From the NCBI GenBank assembly GCA_051986365.1, contig JBPYFG010000403.1:1-27567 (forward strand): a DNA stretch of 27,567 nt, written 5' to 3'. Under the pieces are notes generated by a model that ran no database searches, was not told where the DNA came from, and worked only from the letters and a program-made list of their open reading frames with translations. The translations under genes were made by a program, and so were the position numbers. Positions 11,622 to 20,483 of this stretch are shown here, piece after piece. Origin of the DNA: Xanthobacteraceae bacterium (GTDB lineage: Bacteria > Pseudomonadota > Alphaproteobacteria > Rhizobiales > Xanthobacteraceae). Position 1 is the first letter of the stretch. Every line of letters starts with the position of its first letter.

Positions 11622-12502
11622 GCGCAATAGAGCGTTTGGGCTTTAATGCCGCGATGATTCAAATGCGCTCGGGGCTCGATCCGGCGGCCAATCTCGTTGC
11701 CGCATTGAAATTGATCGACGAGGCCAAAGAGGCCGGGGCCGACTACGTGCTCACCCCGGAAATGACGAACATCCTGGCGGCAAAGCGTGAGCAGTTGTTC
11801 GCAAAGATTGTCGCTGAAGAGCAGGACGCGACCCTGACGACCTTGCGCGAAGTGGCGCGCAAGCTTGCGATCTACATCCATATCGGCTCGCTCGCGATCA
11901 AGGCATCGCCGGAAAAAGCCGCCAATCGCTCGTTTCTGATCGACCGCCGCGGCGAGGTGGTCGCGCGCTACGACAAGATCCACATGTTCGACGTCGATCT
12001 CGCAGGCGGCGAAAGCTACCGCGAATCCAACACCTACCGTCCCGGCGAGTTGGCCATGGTTGCCGATCTGCCGTGGGGCCGTCTCGGCCTGACCGTGTGT
12101 TACGATTTGCGGTTTCCGGCGCTCTACCGCGCGCTGGCGGAAGCCGGCGCATCGTTTCTGGCGATCCCGTCAGCTTTCACGCGGCAAACCGGCGAAGCGC
12201 ATTGGCATGTTCTGCAGCGCGCGCGTGCCATCGAAAACGGCTGCTTCGTGTTCGCAGCGGCGCAAGGCGGCAAGCACGAAAACGGCCGCGAGACGTACGG
12301 CCATTCGCTGGTCGTCGATCCTTGGGGCCGCATCCTGGCCGAGGGCGGCACCGGGCCGGGCGTGGTCATGGCGCAGATCGAGCCGTCCGAGGTCGTCGCG
12401 GCGCGCAGCCGCATTCCTTCACTCCATCACGGCCGTCGTTTCGAGTTGGTTGAACCGCTGGCCGAGCCGACTTACCTCCACGCAGTGCGAGAGCCCACAT
12501 GA
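11618..12502 (+). CDS. Carbon-nitrogen hydrolase, Nit1/deaminated-glutathione amidase-like
   Basis: E-K-C triad in TPEM, YDKIHMFDV and VCYDLRFP; RARAIENGC, TYGHS; ATG 11618 overlaps the grxC stop (ATGA). Confidence 0.92.
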   Translation: MSAIERLGFNAAMIQMRSGLDPAANLVAALKLIDEAKEAGADYVLTPEMTNILAAKREQLFAKIVAEEQDATLTTLREVARKLAIYIHIGSLAIKASPEKAANRSFLIDRRGEVVARYDKIHMFDVDLAGGESYRESNTYRPGELAMVADLPWGRLGLTVCYDLRFPALYRALAEAGASFLAIPSAFTRQTGEAHWHVLQRARAIENGCFVFAAAQGGKHENGRETYGHSLVVDPWGRILAEGGTGPGVVMAQIEPSEVVAARSRIPSLHHGRRFELVEPLAEPTYLHAVREPT

Positions 12503-13014
12503 TTCGCTACGCGCTCAACTGCGATCAAGGTCACACCTTCGAAAGCTGGTTTGCAAACTCTGCCGCTTGCGACAAGCAGGCTAAGCGCGGACTGGTGACG
12601 TGCCCGATGTGCGGCTCGGCGAAGGTGGAAAAGGCGATCATGGCACCCAATCTGTCCGCGAGCCTCGGCCCAAGCGGGACTGCGGATCCGCGGCCGCCGA
12701 CGCCCACCGCGCCTGCGCCACCGCCGCCGCTACAGCCGGCGCCGACGCCGCCAATCCCGCCGAAGGCGCCGGTCGCCATGATGTCGGCCGCGGAGCGCGA
12801 GCTCCGGCACAAACTCAAAGAGCTGCGCGATCACATCACCAAGAATGCGCACTATGTCGGCCCTCGGTTTCCGGAGGAGGCGCGCAAGATTCATTATGGC
12901 GAGGCCGAGCACCGCTCGATCTATGGCGAAGCTTCGCCGGAAGAAGCGCAGCAACTGCACGATGAAGGCATCGAATTTCACCCGCTGCCGATCCTGCCTG
13001 ACGACAAGAATTGA
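12499..13014 (+). CDS. DUF1178 family protein
   Basis: MIRYALNCDQGHTFESWF, CPMCGS, KAIMAP, YVG.RF.EEARKIHYGE...R.IYGEA, L.DEGI; ATGA overlap with upstream gene. Confidence 0.9.
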   Translation: MIRYALNCDQGHTFESWFANSAACDKQAKRGLVTCPMCGSAKVEKAIMAPNLSASLGPSGTADPRPPTPTAPAPPPPLQPAPTPPIPPKAPVAMMSAAERELRHKLKELRDHITKNAHYVGPRFPEEARKIHYGEAEHRSIYGEASPEEAQQLHDEGIEFHPLPILPDDKN

Positions 13015-13049
13015 CGCCGGATCGCCGCCGCGCGGCGTGGACATTATTT

Positions 13050-13946
13050 TCAATGGGCCAGTATCAATAGCGCCACGCCGGCGACCACGAGCACCATGCC
13101 AACGACTTCGCGCGCGCTGGTGTGTTGACCAAAGCCGTAGCGCGCCACCAGCTGCGCGAACAGAACTTCGACGAGCGCCAGGGTCCGCACGCTGGCCGCA
13201 GTCGCGAGCGCGAAGGCCAGAAACCAGAACTGCGAGGCGAGCGCGCCCATGAAACCGGCGAATAGCGAGGGTTTCCAGGCTCGCAACAGTGCGAACACCA
13301 CCGACGGCCGCCGCAGCGACAGATAGAGCGAAAGCACGACAGATTGCATGGCCAGCCCGATGACCAGCGTGAACGTCGCCGCCATGAAGTAATCGGACAA
13401 GTTTAGACTGAGGATCGCGCCGCGAAATCCGACGGCAGCGAGGGCGAAAGCGCCACCCGAGGCCAAGCCCAGCAAGGTCGGCTTTATTCCACCGATCATG
13501 CCGCCCGGTTTTGTGGACGTGACAATCACGCCGGCCGTCGCCAGCAGAATGGCCGCGGCCATCGACCACGTCACCGTATCGTGGAGAAAGATGAAGCCGA
13601 ATACCGCAACATGGATCGGTTCGGTCTTGATATAGGCGATGGTGACCACGAAGGACCGCTTACCCATCGCCGCAAGCATCAGGGCCGTGGCGGCGATTTG
13701 GGTCAATGCGCCGGCGACGACCCACGGCCAGAAGTAAAGTCCAGGCCGCGGCAACGGCGCGCCGGTGACCGCCAGCAGAACAGCCAGAAAGACCAGCGCG
13801 AACGGAAAACCGAACAGGAAGCGCACTTGCGTCGCGCCGACGGTGCCGAGGCTGGCGGTCAATTCGCGCTGCATCGCGTTGCGGATGGTCTGAGCGAAGG
13901 CGGCAGCGACGGTAAAAGCGGCCCAGAGCCAGGGCGTCGCGGTCAC
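13050..13946 (-). CDS. EamA/DMT family inner membrane transporter
   Basis: About 10 hydrophobic segments; AAFAQTIRNAMQ, RFLFGFPF, YIKTEP, ASVRTLALVEVLFA motifs; GTG start overlaps ubiG stop. Confidence 0.88.
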   Translation of the reverse strand: MTATPWLWAAFTVAAAFAQTIRNAMQRELTASLGTVGATQVRFLFGFPFALVFLAVLLAVTGAPLPRPGLYFWPWVVAGALTQIAATALMLAAMGKRSFVVTIAYIKTEPIHVAVFGFIFLHDTVTWSMAAAILLATAGVIVTSTKPGGMIGGIKPTLLGLASGGAFALAAVGFRGAILSLNLSDYFMAATFTLVIGLAMQSVVLSLYLSLRRPSVVFALLRAWKPSLFAGFMGALASQFWFLAFALATAASVRTLALVEVLFAQLVARYGFGQHTSAREVVGMVLVVAGVALLILAH

Positions 13947-14695
13947 GCGGGCTTCTCCGCGACCACCATGTAATTGACATCCATGTCGCTGGAGACCTGC
14001 CAGCGGTCGGCGAAAAGATTATAGATCACGCCGGTCTCGCCAGTGATATGCAGGCTGCTTTGCTCGATGGCGATCTCGAGTTCATTGGGCGTGACGAACT
14101 TGTCCCATTGATGCGTGCCGCGCGGCAGCCAGCGTAAAATGTATTCGGCGCCGACAATCGCCAGCGCGAAACTCTTGATGGTGCGATTGATGGTTGCAAC
14201 AAACAAAAGCCCGCCGGATTTCACCAGCGTCGCGGCGGCATCGATGAACAGATTGAGATCGGTGACGTGCTCGACCACCTCCATCGCCAGCACCACGTCG
14301 AATGTTTCACCGGCCGCTGCTTGGGCCTCGGCGCTGCTGTTGCGATAATCGATCGTTAGCTGGGACTGGCCGGCGTGTCGACGTGCGACGGCGATGTTGC
14401 TGTCCGAGGGATCGACGCCCACCACGGCCGCGCCGAGGCGAGCCAAGGGCTCGGCGAGGATGCCGCCGCCGCAGCCAATATCGAGGATGCGGAGTCCGGT
14501 GAGGCTGTCGAGGCGGGTCGCATCGCGCTGGAAATGGCGGGCTGCACGATCGCGGATATAAGCGAGCCGCACCGGATTGAACTTGTGCAGGGCCGCCATG
14601 GGGCCACGCGCATCCCACCACTCGCCCGAGAGCCGCGAAAATCGTGCGACTTCGTCGTCATCGACCGTGTCGGCGCGGGTTTGCCGCCGCTCCAT
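13943..14695 (-). CDS. ubiG: Ubiquinone biosynthesis O-methyltransferase
   Basis: TVD..EVARF...EWWD..GPMAALHKFNPVRL, LDIGCGGGIL.EPLARLGA, MEVVEHV, TINRTIKS.....GAEY, GTHQW.KF. Confidence 0.97.
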   Translation of the reverse strand: MERRQTRADTVDDDEVARFSRLSGEWWDARGPMAALHKFNPVRLAYIRDRAARHFQRDATRLDSLTGLRILDIGCGGGILAEPLARLGAAVVGVDPSDSNIAVARRHAGQSQLTIDYRNSSAEAQAAAGETFDVVLAMEVVEHVTDLNLFIDAAATLVKSGGLLFVATINRTIKSFALAIVGAEYILRWLPRGTHQWDKFVTPNELEIAIEQSSLHITGETGVIYNLFADRWQVSSDMDVNYMVVAEKPA

Positions 14696-14849
14696 TTTCC
14701 AGCTCCCAGCATTGCGGGGCCGCAGCCCACCATGCTTAATCGAACGATGCGCAAGATACGCGACCTCGGCGAGTGTTGCACTCGCTCCCGACCTGAACGA
14801 GGATAGGCTCGCAAAAAGGTCCGCGCATCAGAAAAACCGGGAGGGAAGG

Positions 14850-16025
14850 ATGCAACGTTTGCTTTGCGGCTTCGCTGGATGTGCGTTGGCGTTGCTCTTG
14901 GGCACGGGCGCTGCCGTTGCTCAGGACACCGTCAAAATTGGCCTCATCATGTCCTATTCCGGCCAGTTCGCCGACACTGCGACGCAGATGGATAACGGCG
15001 TCAAACTGTATATGAAGCAAAACGGCGACAGCGCGGGGAAGGTCAAGATTGAGCTCATTCGCAAAGATACCGGCGGCATCGCGCCCGATGTCGCCAAGCG
15101 GCTGGCGCAAGAAGTCATCGTGCGCGATCACGCCGATCTCCTCGGCGGCTTTGTCCTCACCCCCAACGCGCTGGCCGCCGCCGACGTCTCCGCAGAAGCG
15201 AAAAAGTTCATGGTGGTGATGAACGCGGCGACCTCGATCATCACCACGAAGTCTCCCTACATCGCGCGCACCTCGGTGACGACGCCGCAGCTCAATCACA
15301 CGCTCGGCGAATGGGCGGCCAAGAACGGGATCAAAAGAATCTACACCATGGTCTCCGATTACGGCCCGGGAATTGACGCGGAGACCTGGTTCCAGAAAGG
15401 CTTCAAGGACGGCGGCGGCGAGATTGTCGGCTCGGTGCGCTTCCCGGTCGCCAATCCGGACTTCTCCGCCTTCGTCCAGCGCGCCAAGGATTCAAACCCG
15501 GACGCAATCTATATCTGGGTGCCCGGCGGCGCGCAGCCGGCGGCGATCGGCAAAGCGCTGGCGGAACGCGGCATTGACACGTCGAAGACTAAGATTTTGG
15601 GGCAGGACGCGCTCACGTCCGAGACCGCGCTCAAAAGCATGGGCGATGCGGCGCTCGGAATCATCACGGTCGCGTTCTACGATTACAATCTCGATACGCC
15701 GCTGAATAAAACCTTCGTCAAAGCGTACAACGACGAATTCCATCGCAATCCTGATTTCTTCGCGGTCGGCGGCTATGACGGCTTGCACCTCATCTACGCG
15801 ACGCTGCAGAAGACCGGCGGCAAGACCGACGGCGATGCGCTGATCGCGGCGGCCAAGGGCATGGCGTGGGATAGCCCGCGCGGACCGATGTCGATTGATC
15901 CGCAAACCCGCGACGTCGTGCAAAACGTTCACATTTTCAAGGTTGAAAAGGTCGGCGGCGAGTTGCGCAATGTCGAGATTGACAAGGTGCCGAACGTCAA
16001 AGATCCCGGCCACATGACGCAGTGA
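14850..16025 (+). CDS. ABC transporter substrate-binding protein, LIV/HAAT family (aromatic-acid-binding subtype likely)
   Basis: Signal peptide then VKIGL...SGQFA; LTPNALA...EAKK.MVVMNAATS.IT.KSPYI.RTS resembles R. palustris aromatic-acid SBPs as recalled; start moved to ATG 14850 after GGGAGGGAAGG. Confidence 0.9.
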   Translation: MQRLLCGFAGCALALLLGTGAAVAQDTVKIGLIMSYSGQFADTATQMDNGVKLYMKQNGDSAGKVKIELIRKDTGGIAPDVAKRLAQEVIVRDHADLLGGFVLTPNALAAADVSAEAKKFMVVMNAATSIITTKSPYIARTSVTTPQLNHTLGEWAAKNGIKRIYTMVSDYGPGIDAETWFQKGFKDGGGEIVGSVRFPVANPDFSAFVQRAKDSNPDAIYIWVPGGAQPAAIGKALAERGIDTSKTKILGQDALTSETALKSMGDAALGIITVAFYDYNLDTPLNKTFVKAYNDEFHRNPDFFAVGGYDGLHLIYATLQKTGGKTDGDALIAAAKGMAWDSPRGPMSIDPQTRDVVQNVHIFKVEKVGGELRNVEIDKVPNVKDPGHMTQ

Positions 16026-16080
16026 ATTTTGAGTTCGGGGTCGTGAGTCGGCAATAACAGAGCGACGGCGGCCGCGTCCG

Positions 16081-16941
16081 ATGCCTCCTGTCTTCGGCGT
16101 TCTGTTCGATGGCCTCGCTTACGGGATGCTACTGTTTCTGCTCTCGGTCGGGCTTTCGGTCACGCTCGGCATGATGAATTTCGTCAACCTGGCGCATTGC
16201 AGCTTCGCGATGCTCGGCGGTTATGTCACGGTCACGCTGATGAACAGGCTCGGCTGGCCGTTTTTTGCGACGCTGCCGGCCGCCTTCGTCGCTGCCGCCG
16301 CGGCAAGCGTCGTGCTGGAGCGAGCGTTCTTTCGCCGTTTTTATAATGCCAGCGACCTCGAACAGTGTCTGTTGACGATCGGCATTGTATTCGTCTCGAT
16401 CGCGGCGGCGGCCTACATCTACGGCACCGACCAGCAGCCGGTTCAGCTGCCGGCGTTCTTGCGCGGTTCGGTTGCTTTTGCCGGCTTGAATTTCGCGATC
16501 TATCGGCTGTTCCTCATCGGCATAGCCCTGATTATCACGGTCGTGCTCGTCGGCACGCTGGAGATGACACGCTTCGGCGCACAGGTCCGCGCCGCGGTCA
16601 ACAATCAGCGCATGGCGCGCGGGCTGGGCATCGATGTCGATGCGCTGTTCGCCGTCACTTTTGCGCTCGGCAGCGGTCTTGCCGGGCTCGGTGGCGCGCT
16701 CGCCATCGATCTGGTCGGCCTCGATCCGTCCTTTGCGTTCACTTACCTGATCTATGTCCTGATTGTCGTTTCGGTCGGCGGCCTTGGCTCGATCGGCGGC
16801 TCGCTTGCCGCCGCGATGCTTCTCGGCGTCAGCGATATCGCCGGCAAATATTACGTGCCGGCGATCGGCTCGATCCTGATTTATCTGGTCATGACGGTGC
16901 TGATCATGCTCCGCCCCGCCGGGATTTTCGGGAGACGCTAG
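16081..16941 (+). CDS. LIV-family ABC permease (LivH-like)
   Basis: GLSVTLGMMNFVNLAH, TRFGAQVRAAV.NQRMA..LGI, VSVGGLGSI.G; hydrophobic. Confidence 0.93.
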   Translation: MPPVFGVLFDGLAYGMLLFLLSVGLSVTLGMMNFVNLAHCSFAMLGGYVTVTLMNRLGWPFFATLPAAFVAAAAASVVLERAFFRRFYNASDLEQCLLTIGIVFVSIAAAAYIYGTDQQPVQLPAFLRGSVAFAGLNFAIYRLFLIGIALIITVVLVGTLEMTRFGAQVRAAVNNQRMARGLGIDVDALFAVTFALGSGLAGLGGALAIDLVGLDPSFAFTYLIYVLIVVSVGGLGSIGGSLAAAMLLGVSDIAGKYYVPAIGSILIYLVMTVLIMLRPAGIFGRR

Positions 16942-16942
16942 C

Positions 16943-17932
16943 GTGACCAGCACAACGATCGCCGAGCCGCGCGATCATCTGCAGGCGCAGATGCGCTGGC
17001 ATTGGGGTGAAATCGCCTTTTGGCTCGCTACTCTCTTGCCTTTTATCCTGGCGCCCGATTATCTCCTGCTGGCGAGCCAAGTCGCCATCGCCGCTTTATT
17101 CGTGCTGTCGCTCGATCTTATTCTGGGCTTCGCCGGCATCGTGTCGCTCGGACACGCCGCTTATTTCGGCACTGGCGCCTACGCCGCGGGGCTGATTTCG
17201 AAATGGGGCTGGGGCGAGCCGCTCACCGGCCTTGTCATTGCGGCCTTGGCGGCCGGCTTGTTCGGCTATGTGACGAGCTTCATCATCGCCCGGTTTCGTC
17301 ATCTGCCGCTGATCATGATCACGCTCGGCATCGGCCTGTTGCTGCAGGAATCAGCCAACAGTGCAAGCTGGCTCACCGGCGGTTTCGACGGCCTGCAAGG
17401 TATCCATACCTGGCCCATTCTCGGCAGATTCCGTTTCGATCTCTACGGCTACACCGCATATGGCTATGCGCTCGCCAGTTTGTTTTTGATCTTTCTCGGC
17501 GCCCGGCGGCTCATTCATTCGCCGTTCGGGCTGGCGTTGCGCGGCATCCGGGACAATAACCAGCGGATGCGCGCGATCGGCGCAGCGACACATTCGCATA
17601 TCCGCACGATCTATACGATCGCGGCGATGATCGCGGGCGCGGCCGGCGCCATCCTGGCGCAAACTACCGAAACCGTCTCGCTCGAAGTGTTGGGCTTTCA
17701 GCGCTCGGCCGATGTACTGGTCATGCTCATTCTCGGCGGCACCGGCCGCCTTTATGGCGGGCTCTTAGGCGCTGTGGTGTACATGGTCGCGCGCGATCAA
17801 TTTTCTGGGCTTAATCCGCAATACTGGTACTTTTGGATCGGGCTTCTGTTGATCGGGGTGGTGGTGGTGTTGCCGAACGGGCTCCTTGGCGGTCTTTCGC
17901 TGCTGGCGCGGCGCGCGAAGGCTCGATCGTGA
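16943..17932 (+). CDS. LIV-family ABC permease (LivM-like)
   Basis: SLDLILGFAGIVSLGHAAYFG.GAY, TGGFDGL, SPFGLALRGIRDN..R..AIG, ILGGTG.LYG. Confidence 0.93.
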   Translation: MTSTTIAEPRDHLQAQMRWHWGEIAFWLATLLPFILAPDYLLLASQVAIAALFVLSLDLILGFAGIVSLGHAAYFGTGAYAAGLISKWGWGEPLTGLVIAALAAGLFGYVTSFIIARFRHLPLIMITLGIGLLLQESANSASWLTGGFDGLQGIHTWPILGRFRFDLYGYTAYGYALASLFLIFLGARRLIHSPFGLALRGIRDNNQRMRAIGAATHSHIRTIYTIAAMIAGAAGAILAQTTETVSLEVLGFQRSADVLVMLILGGTGRLYGGLLGAVVYMVARDQFSGLNPQYWYFWIGLLLIGVVVVLPNGLLGGLSLLARRAKARS

Positions 17933-18684
17933 CTGAGAGCGCGCTGGTCGCTCGCGGCGTCGACAAACGATTTGGCTCACTGGTCGTCGCCGCCGACGTC
18001 AACCTCACGCTGCCGGCCGGCGCGCGGCACGCGCTGATCGGCCCGAACGGCGCCGGCAAGACCACGCTGATCAATCTGATGACCGGCATGCTGCGTCCGG
18101 ATGGTGGTCAGATCCTGCTTGGCGGGGAGGATGTGACGGCGCTTGCGCCCGAGCGGCGGGTGCGGCGCGGCCTCGCCCGCACCTATCAAATCAATTCGCT
18201 GTTTCCGCATCTGACCGCGCTCGAATCAGTGACGCTTGCGGTCTGCGAGCGGCGGCGGGTCGCGCAAACCTGGTGGCGCCGCCTAATCGCCTATCGCGAG
18301 GAAATCGAGGAAGCCCATCAGATTCTCGGCGCACTGATGTTGGGCGCGGTCTGCCATCGCCCGGCGCGCGAACTCGCCTATGGCCAGCAGCGACTTCTCG
18401 AAATTGCTTTGGCCCTGGCGAGCCGGCCCAAGGTTCTTCTACTTGACGAGCCCGCGGCCGGCGTGCCGCGCGAGGAAAGTAAAGAACTGTTCGCCGCCAT
18501 CGCCGGACTGTCGCGTGACATCGCCGTGCTGTTCATCGAGCATGACATGGAGCTCGTGTTTCGTTTCGCCAGCAGGGTCATCGTGATGGTCGGCGGCAGC
18601 ATTTTGATCGAAGGCACGCCGGCCGAGATTGCATCCGATGCGCAGGTGCGCGCCGTTTATCTGGGCAAGGCACATAGAGCATGA
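17929..18684 (+). CDS. LIV-family ABC ATP-binding protein (LivG-like)
   Basis: GPNGAGKTT Walker A, LAYGQQRLLEIA signature, LLLDEP Walker B, IEHDM; GTG 17929 overlaps upstream stop. Confidence 0.94.
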   Translation: MTESALVARGVDKRFGSLVVAADVNLTLPAGARHALIGPNGAGKTTLINLMTGMLRPDGGQILLGGEDVTALAPERRVRRGLARTYQINSLFPHLTALESVTLAVCERRRVAQTWWRRLIAYREEIEEAHQILGALMLGAVCHRPARELAYGQQRLLEIALALASRPKVLLLDEPAAGVPREESKELFAAIAGLSRDIAVLFIEHDMELVFRFASRVIVMVGGSILIEGTPAEIASDAQVRAVYLGKAHRA

Positions 18685-18740
18685 CCCCGAAAAGTGGATA
18701 CCGGTTTTCGGACAAGGTCATGCTCAAAGATCAGTACCAC
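18676..18740. repeat. Short palindromic REP/MITE-like insertion between the two ABC ATPase genes
   Basis: GAGCATGACC (18677-18686)/GGTCATGCTC (18716-18725) and CCGAAAA/TTTTCGG nested inverted repeats; flanked by a CAT direct repeat (18673-18675, 18741-18743). Confidence 0.8.
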
Positions 18741-18741
18741 C

Positions 18742-19458
18742 ATGGCTGAGCCGCTACTGGCGATCGAAAATGTGCGCGCTGGCTACGGCTCTGCCGTCGT
18801 GCTCGACGGCGTGTCGTTCGATCTCGCATCGCAAGGCGGCCTCGCCGTGCTCGGCCGCAACGGCGTTGGCAAATCGACGCTCTTGCTCACGATCATGGGC
18901 TATACGCGGGTGAGCCGCGGCCGCATCCTCTGGCGTGGCGCCGACATCACTCATGACTCGCCGCACCGCCGGGCGCGCGCCGGTATCGGCTGGGTGGCCC
19001 AGGAGCGCGAGATCTTTTCGACACTGACGGTCGAGGAAAATCTCACCGTCGCCGCCCGCAACGGCCCATGGTCGCTGCCGCGCGTTTATGAACTGTTTCC
19101 GCGGCTTGCCGAACGCCGCCGCAATCTGGGCAATCAATTGTCCGGCGGCGAGCAGCAGATGCTGGCGATCGCGCGCGCGCTGATGACCAATCCAAACCTC
19201 CTTTTACTCGATGAGCCGTTCGAGGGCCTGGCGCCGATTGTGGTCGAAGAGCTGACGGCGGCAATCCGGCGAATGATCGCGGAACGCGTCAATGCTTTTG
19301 TCCTCGTCGAGCAGCATGTCGAGATCGCGCTGCCGCTGACCGAGAGCGTGATCGTACTCGAACGCGGCCGCATCGTGCATCGCGGCGCGTCGGCAGAGCT
19401 TCTTGTCGATCACGCCGCGCTGGAGCGGCTGATCGGGCTCAAGTTGGCAGACGTTTAG
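18742..19458 (+). CDS. LIV-family ABC ATP-binding protein (LivF-like)
   Basis: GRNGVGKST, LSGGEQQMLAIARAL, LLLDEP.EGLAP, LVEQH; start ATG 18742 (MAEPLL). Confidence 0.94.
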   Translation: MAEPLLAIENVRAGYGSAVVLDGVSFDLASQGGLAVLGRNGVGKSTLLLTIMGYTRVSRGRILWRGADITHDSPHRRARAGIGWVAQEREIFSTLTVEENLTVAARNGPWSLPRVYELFPRLAERRRNLGNQLSGGEQQMLAIARALMTNPNLLLLDEPFEGLAPIVVEELTAAIRRMIAERVNAFVLVEQHVEIALPLTESVIVLERGRIVHRGASAELLVDHAALERLIGLKLADV

Positions 19459-19489
19459 CTCTTACTCTTATCGACCGGCTGCCGTCGCG

Positions 19490-20470
19490 TTATGGCTTTA
19501 TCTGCATATGGAATTCCTCGACCACTTTGGTGTAGCGGTCGAGGTCGTCTTGCATGAATTTGGTGTAGGCGGCGGTGCCATTTTCGGCCAAATGGATACC
19601 GAGCGTCTTCAAGCGGGCCGCGATCTCGGGCTCGCGCAAGATCTTTGCGACCGCGGACTGCAGCTTGGCGACAATTGTCGGCGGTACACCGGCCGAGGAC
19701 TGCAGCCCCAGCACAGTTGCGACGTCGAAACCCTTATAGCCAAGCTCATCGCAGGTCGGCACCTCCGGCAGCGACTCGTCGCGCTGCAAGACGCTGATGC
19801 AGAGCGCGCGCAGCTTGCCGGTCTTGATCAACGAAACGACGTTGGGAATTCCGGACCAGCCGGCGTCGACCTCGCCGGTCAAGAGCGCGTTGACGAGACC
19901 GGTGCCGCCGCGATAGGGCACGTGAAGGAGTGTAATGCCGGCGGCTTTTTCGAAGATGATCATCGTCATCTGATGGATCGAGCCGGTGCCCGCGGAGCCG
20001 AAGCTCATCGCCCCAGGCTTGGATTTGGCGAGTGCCACAAATTCGCCAAGCGTTTTGGGGGGCACGTCGGGTCTGATCACCAAAATGGTCGGCAGCCGCG
20101 CCAGAGCGGTGATCGGCGTGAAATCCTTCAGCGTGTAATTGGCGTCGGGATTCATCGCGATGCTGATGCCGAGCGAGCCGGAATCGTTTAGACCTAGCGT
20201 GTAGCCGTCCGGCCGCGCCGCCGCCGTCTGCTTGGCCGCAATCACCCCGCCGACGCCCGGCACGTCTTCAACCACAAACGGATTGCTGAAGATTTCGCTC
20301 AAACGGGCGGAAAGAATTCGCGCCAGCACGTCGGGATTGCCACCGGCGGCCGAAGCCGCGATGACGCGGACCGGATGAGTTGGATAAGCGTCTTCCGCCG
20401 ATGCTGTCGATGTAAAGAGCGCCAAAGCAATCGCTGCGACAGCAGAAATACGAGTGATTATTGATGCCAT
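19490..20470 (-). CDS. Tripartite tricarboxylate transporter substrate-binding protein (Bug/TctC)
   Basis: Signal peptide; YPTHPVRVI...AGGNPDVLAR, PGVGG.I, PDGYTL, SFGSAGTGS..., HVPYRGG, EVPT..ELG. Confidence 0.93.
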   Translation of the reverse strand: MASIITRISAVAAIALALFTSTASAEDAYPTHPVRVIAASAAGGNPDVLARILSARLSEIFSNPFVVEDVPGVGGVIAAKQTAAARPDGYTLGLNDSGSLGISIAMNPDANYTLKDFTPITALARLPTILVIRPDVPPKTLGEFVALAKSKPGAMSFGSAGTGSIHQMTMIIFEKAAGITLLHVPYRGGTGLVNALLTGEVDAGWSGIPNVVSLIKTGKLRALCISVLQRDESLPEVPTCDELGYKGFDVATVLGLQSSAGVPPTIVAKLQSAVAKILREPEIAARLKTLGIHLAENGTAAYTKFMQDDLDRYTKVVEEFHMQIKP

Positions 20471-20483
20471 CGGTCGCAGGTCC

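Noticed and set aside
14577-14849. N-terminal 91-aa extension of the ABC binding protein in the ORF track
   Set aside because: Overlaps ubiG; the SD and signal peptide point to ATG 14850. Similar over-extended starts were trimmed for argJ, the nitrilase, both ATPases, the MetE-like, Ldh_2, hydrolase and LDT genes.
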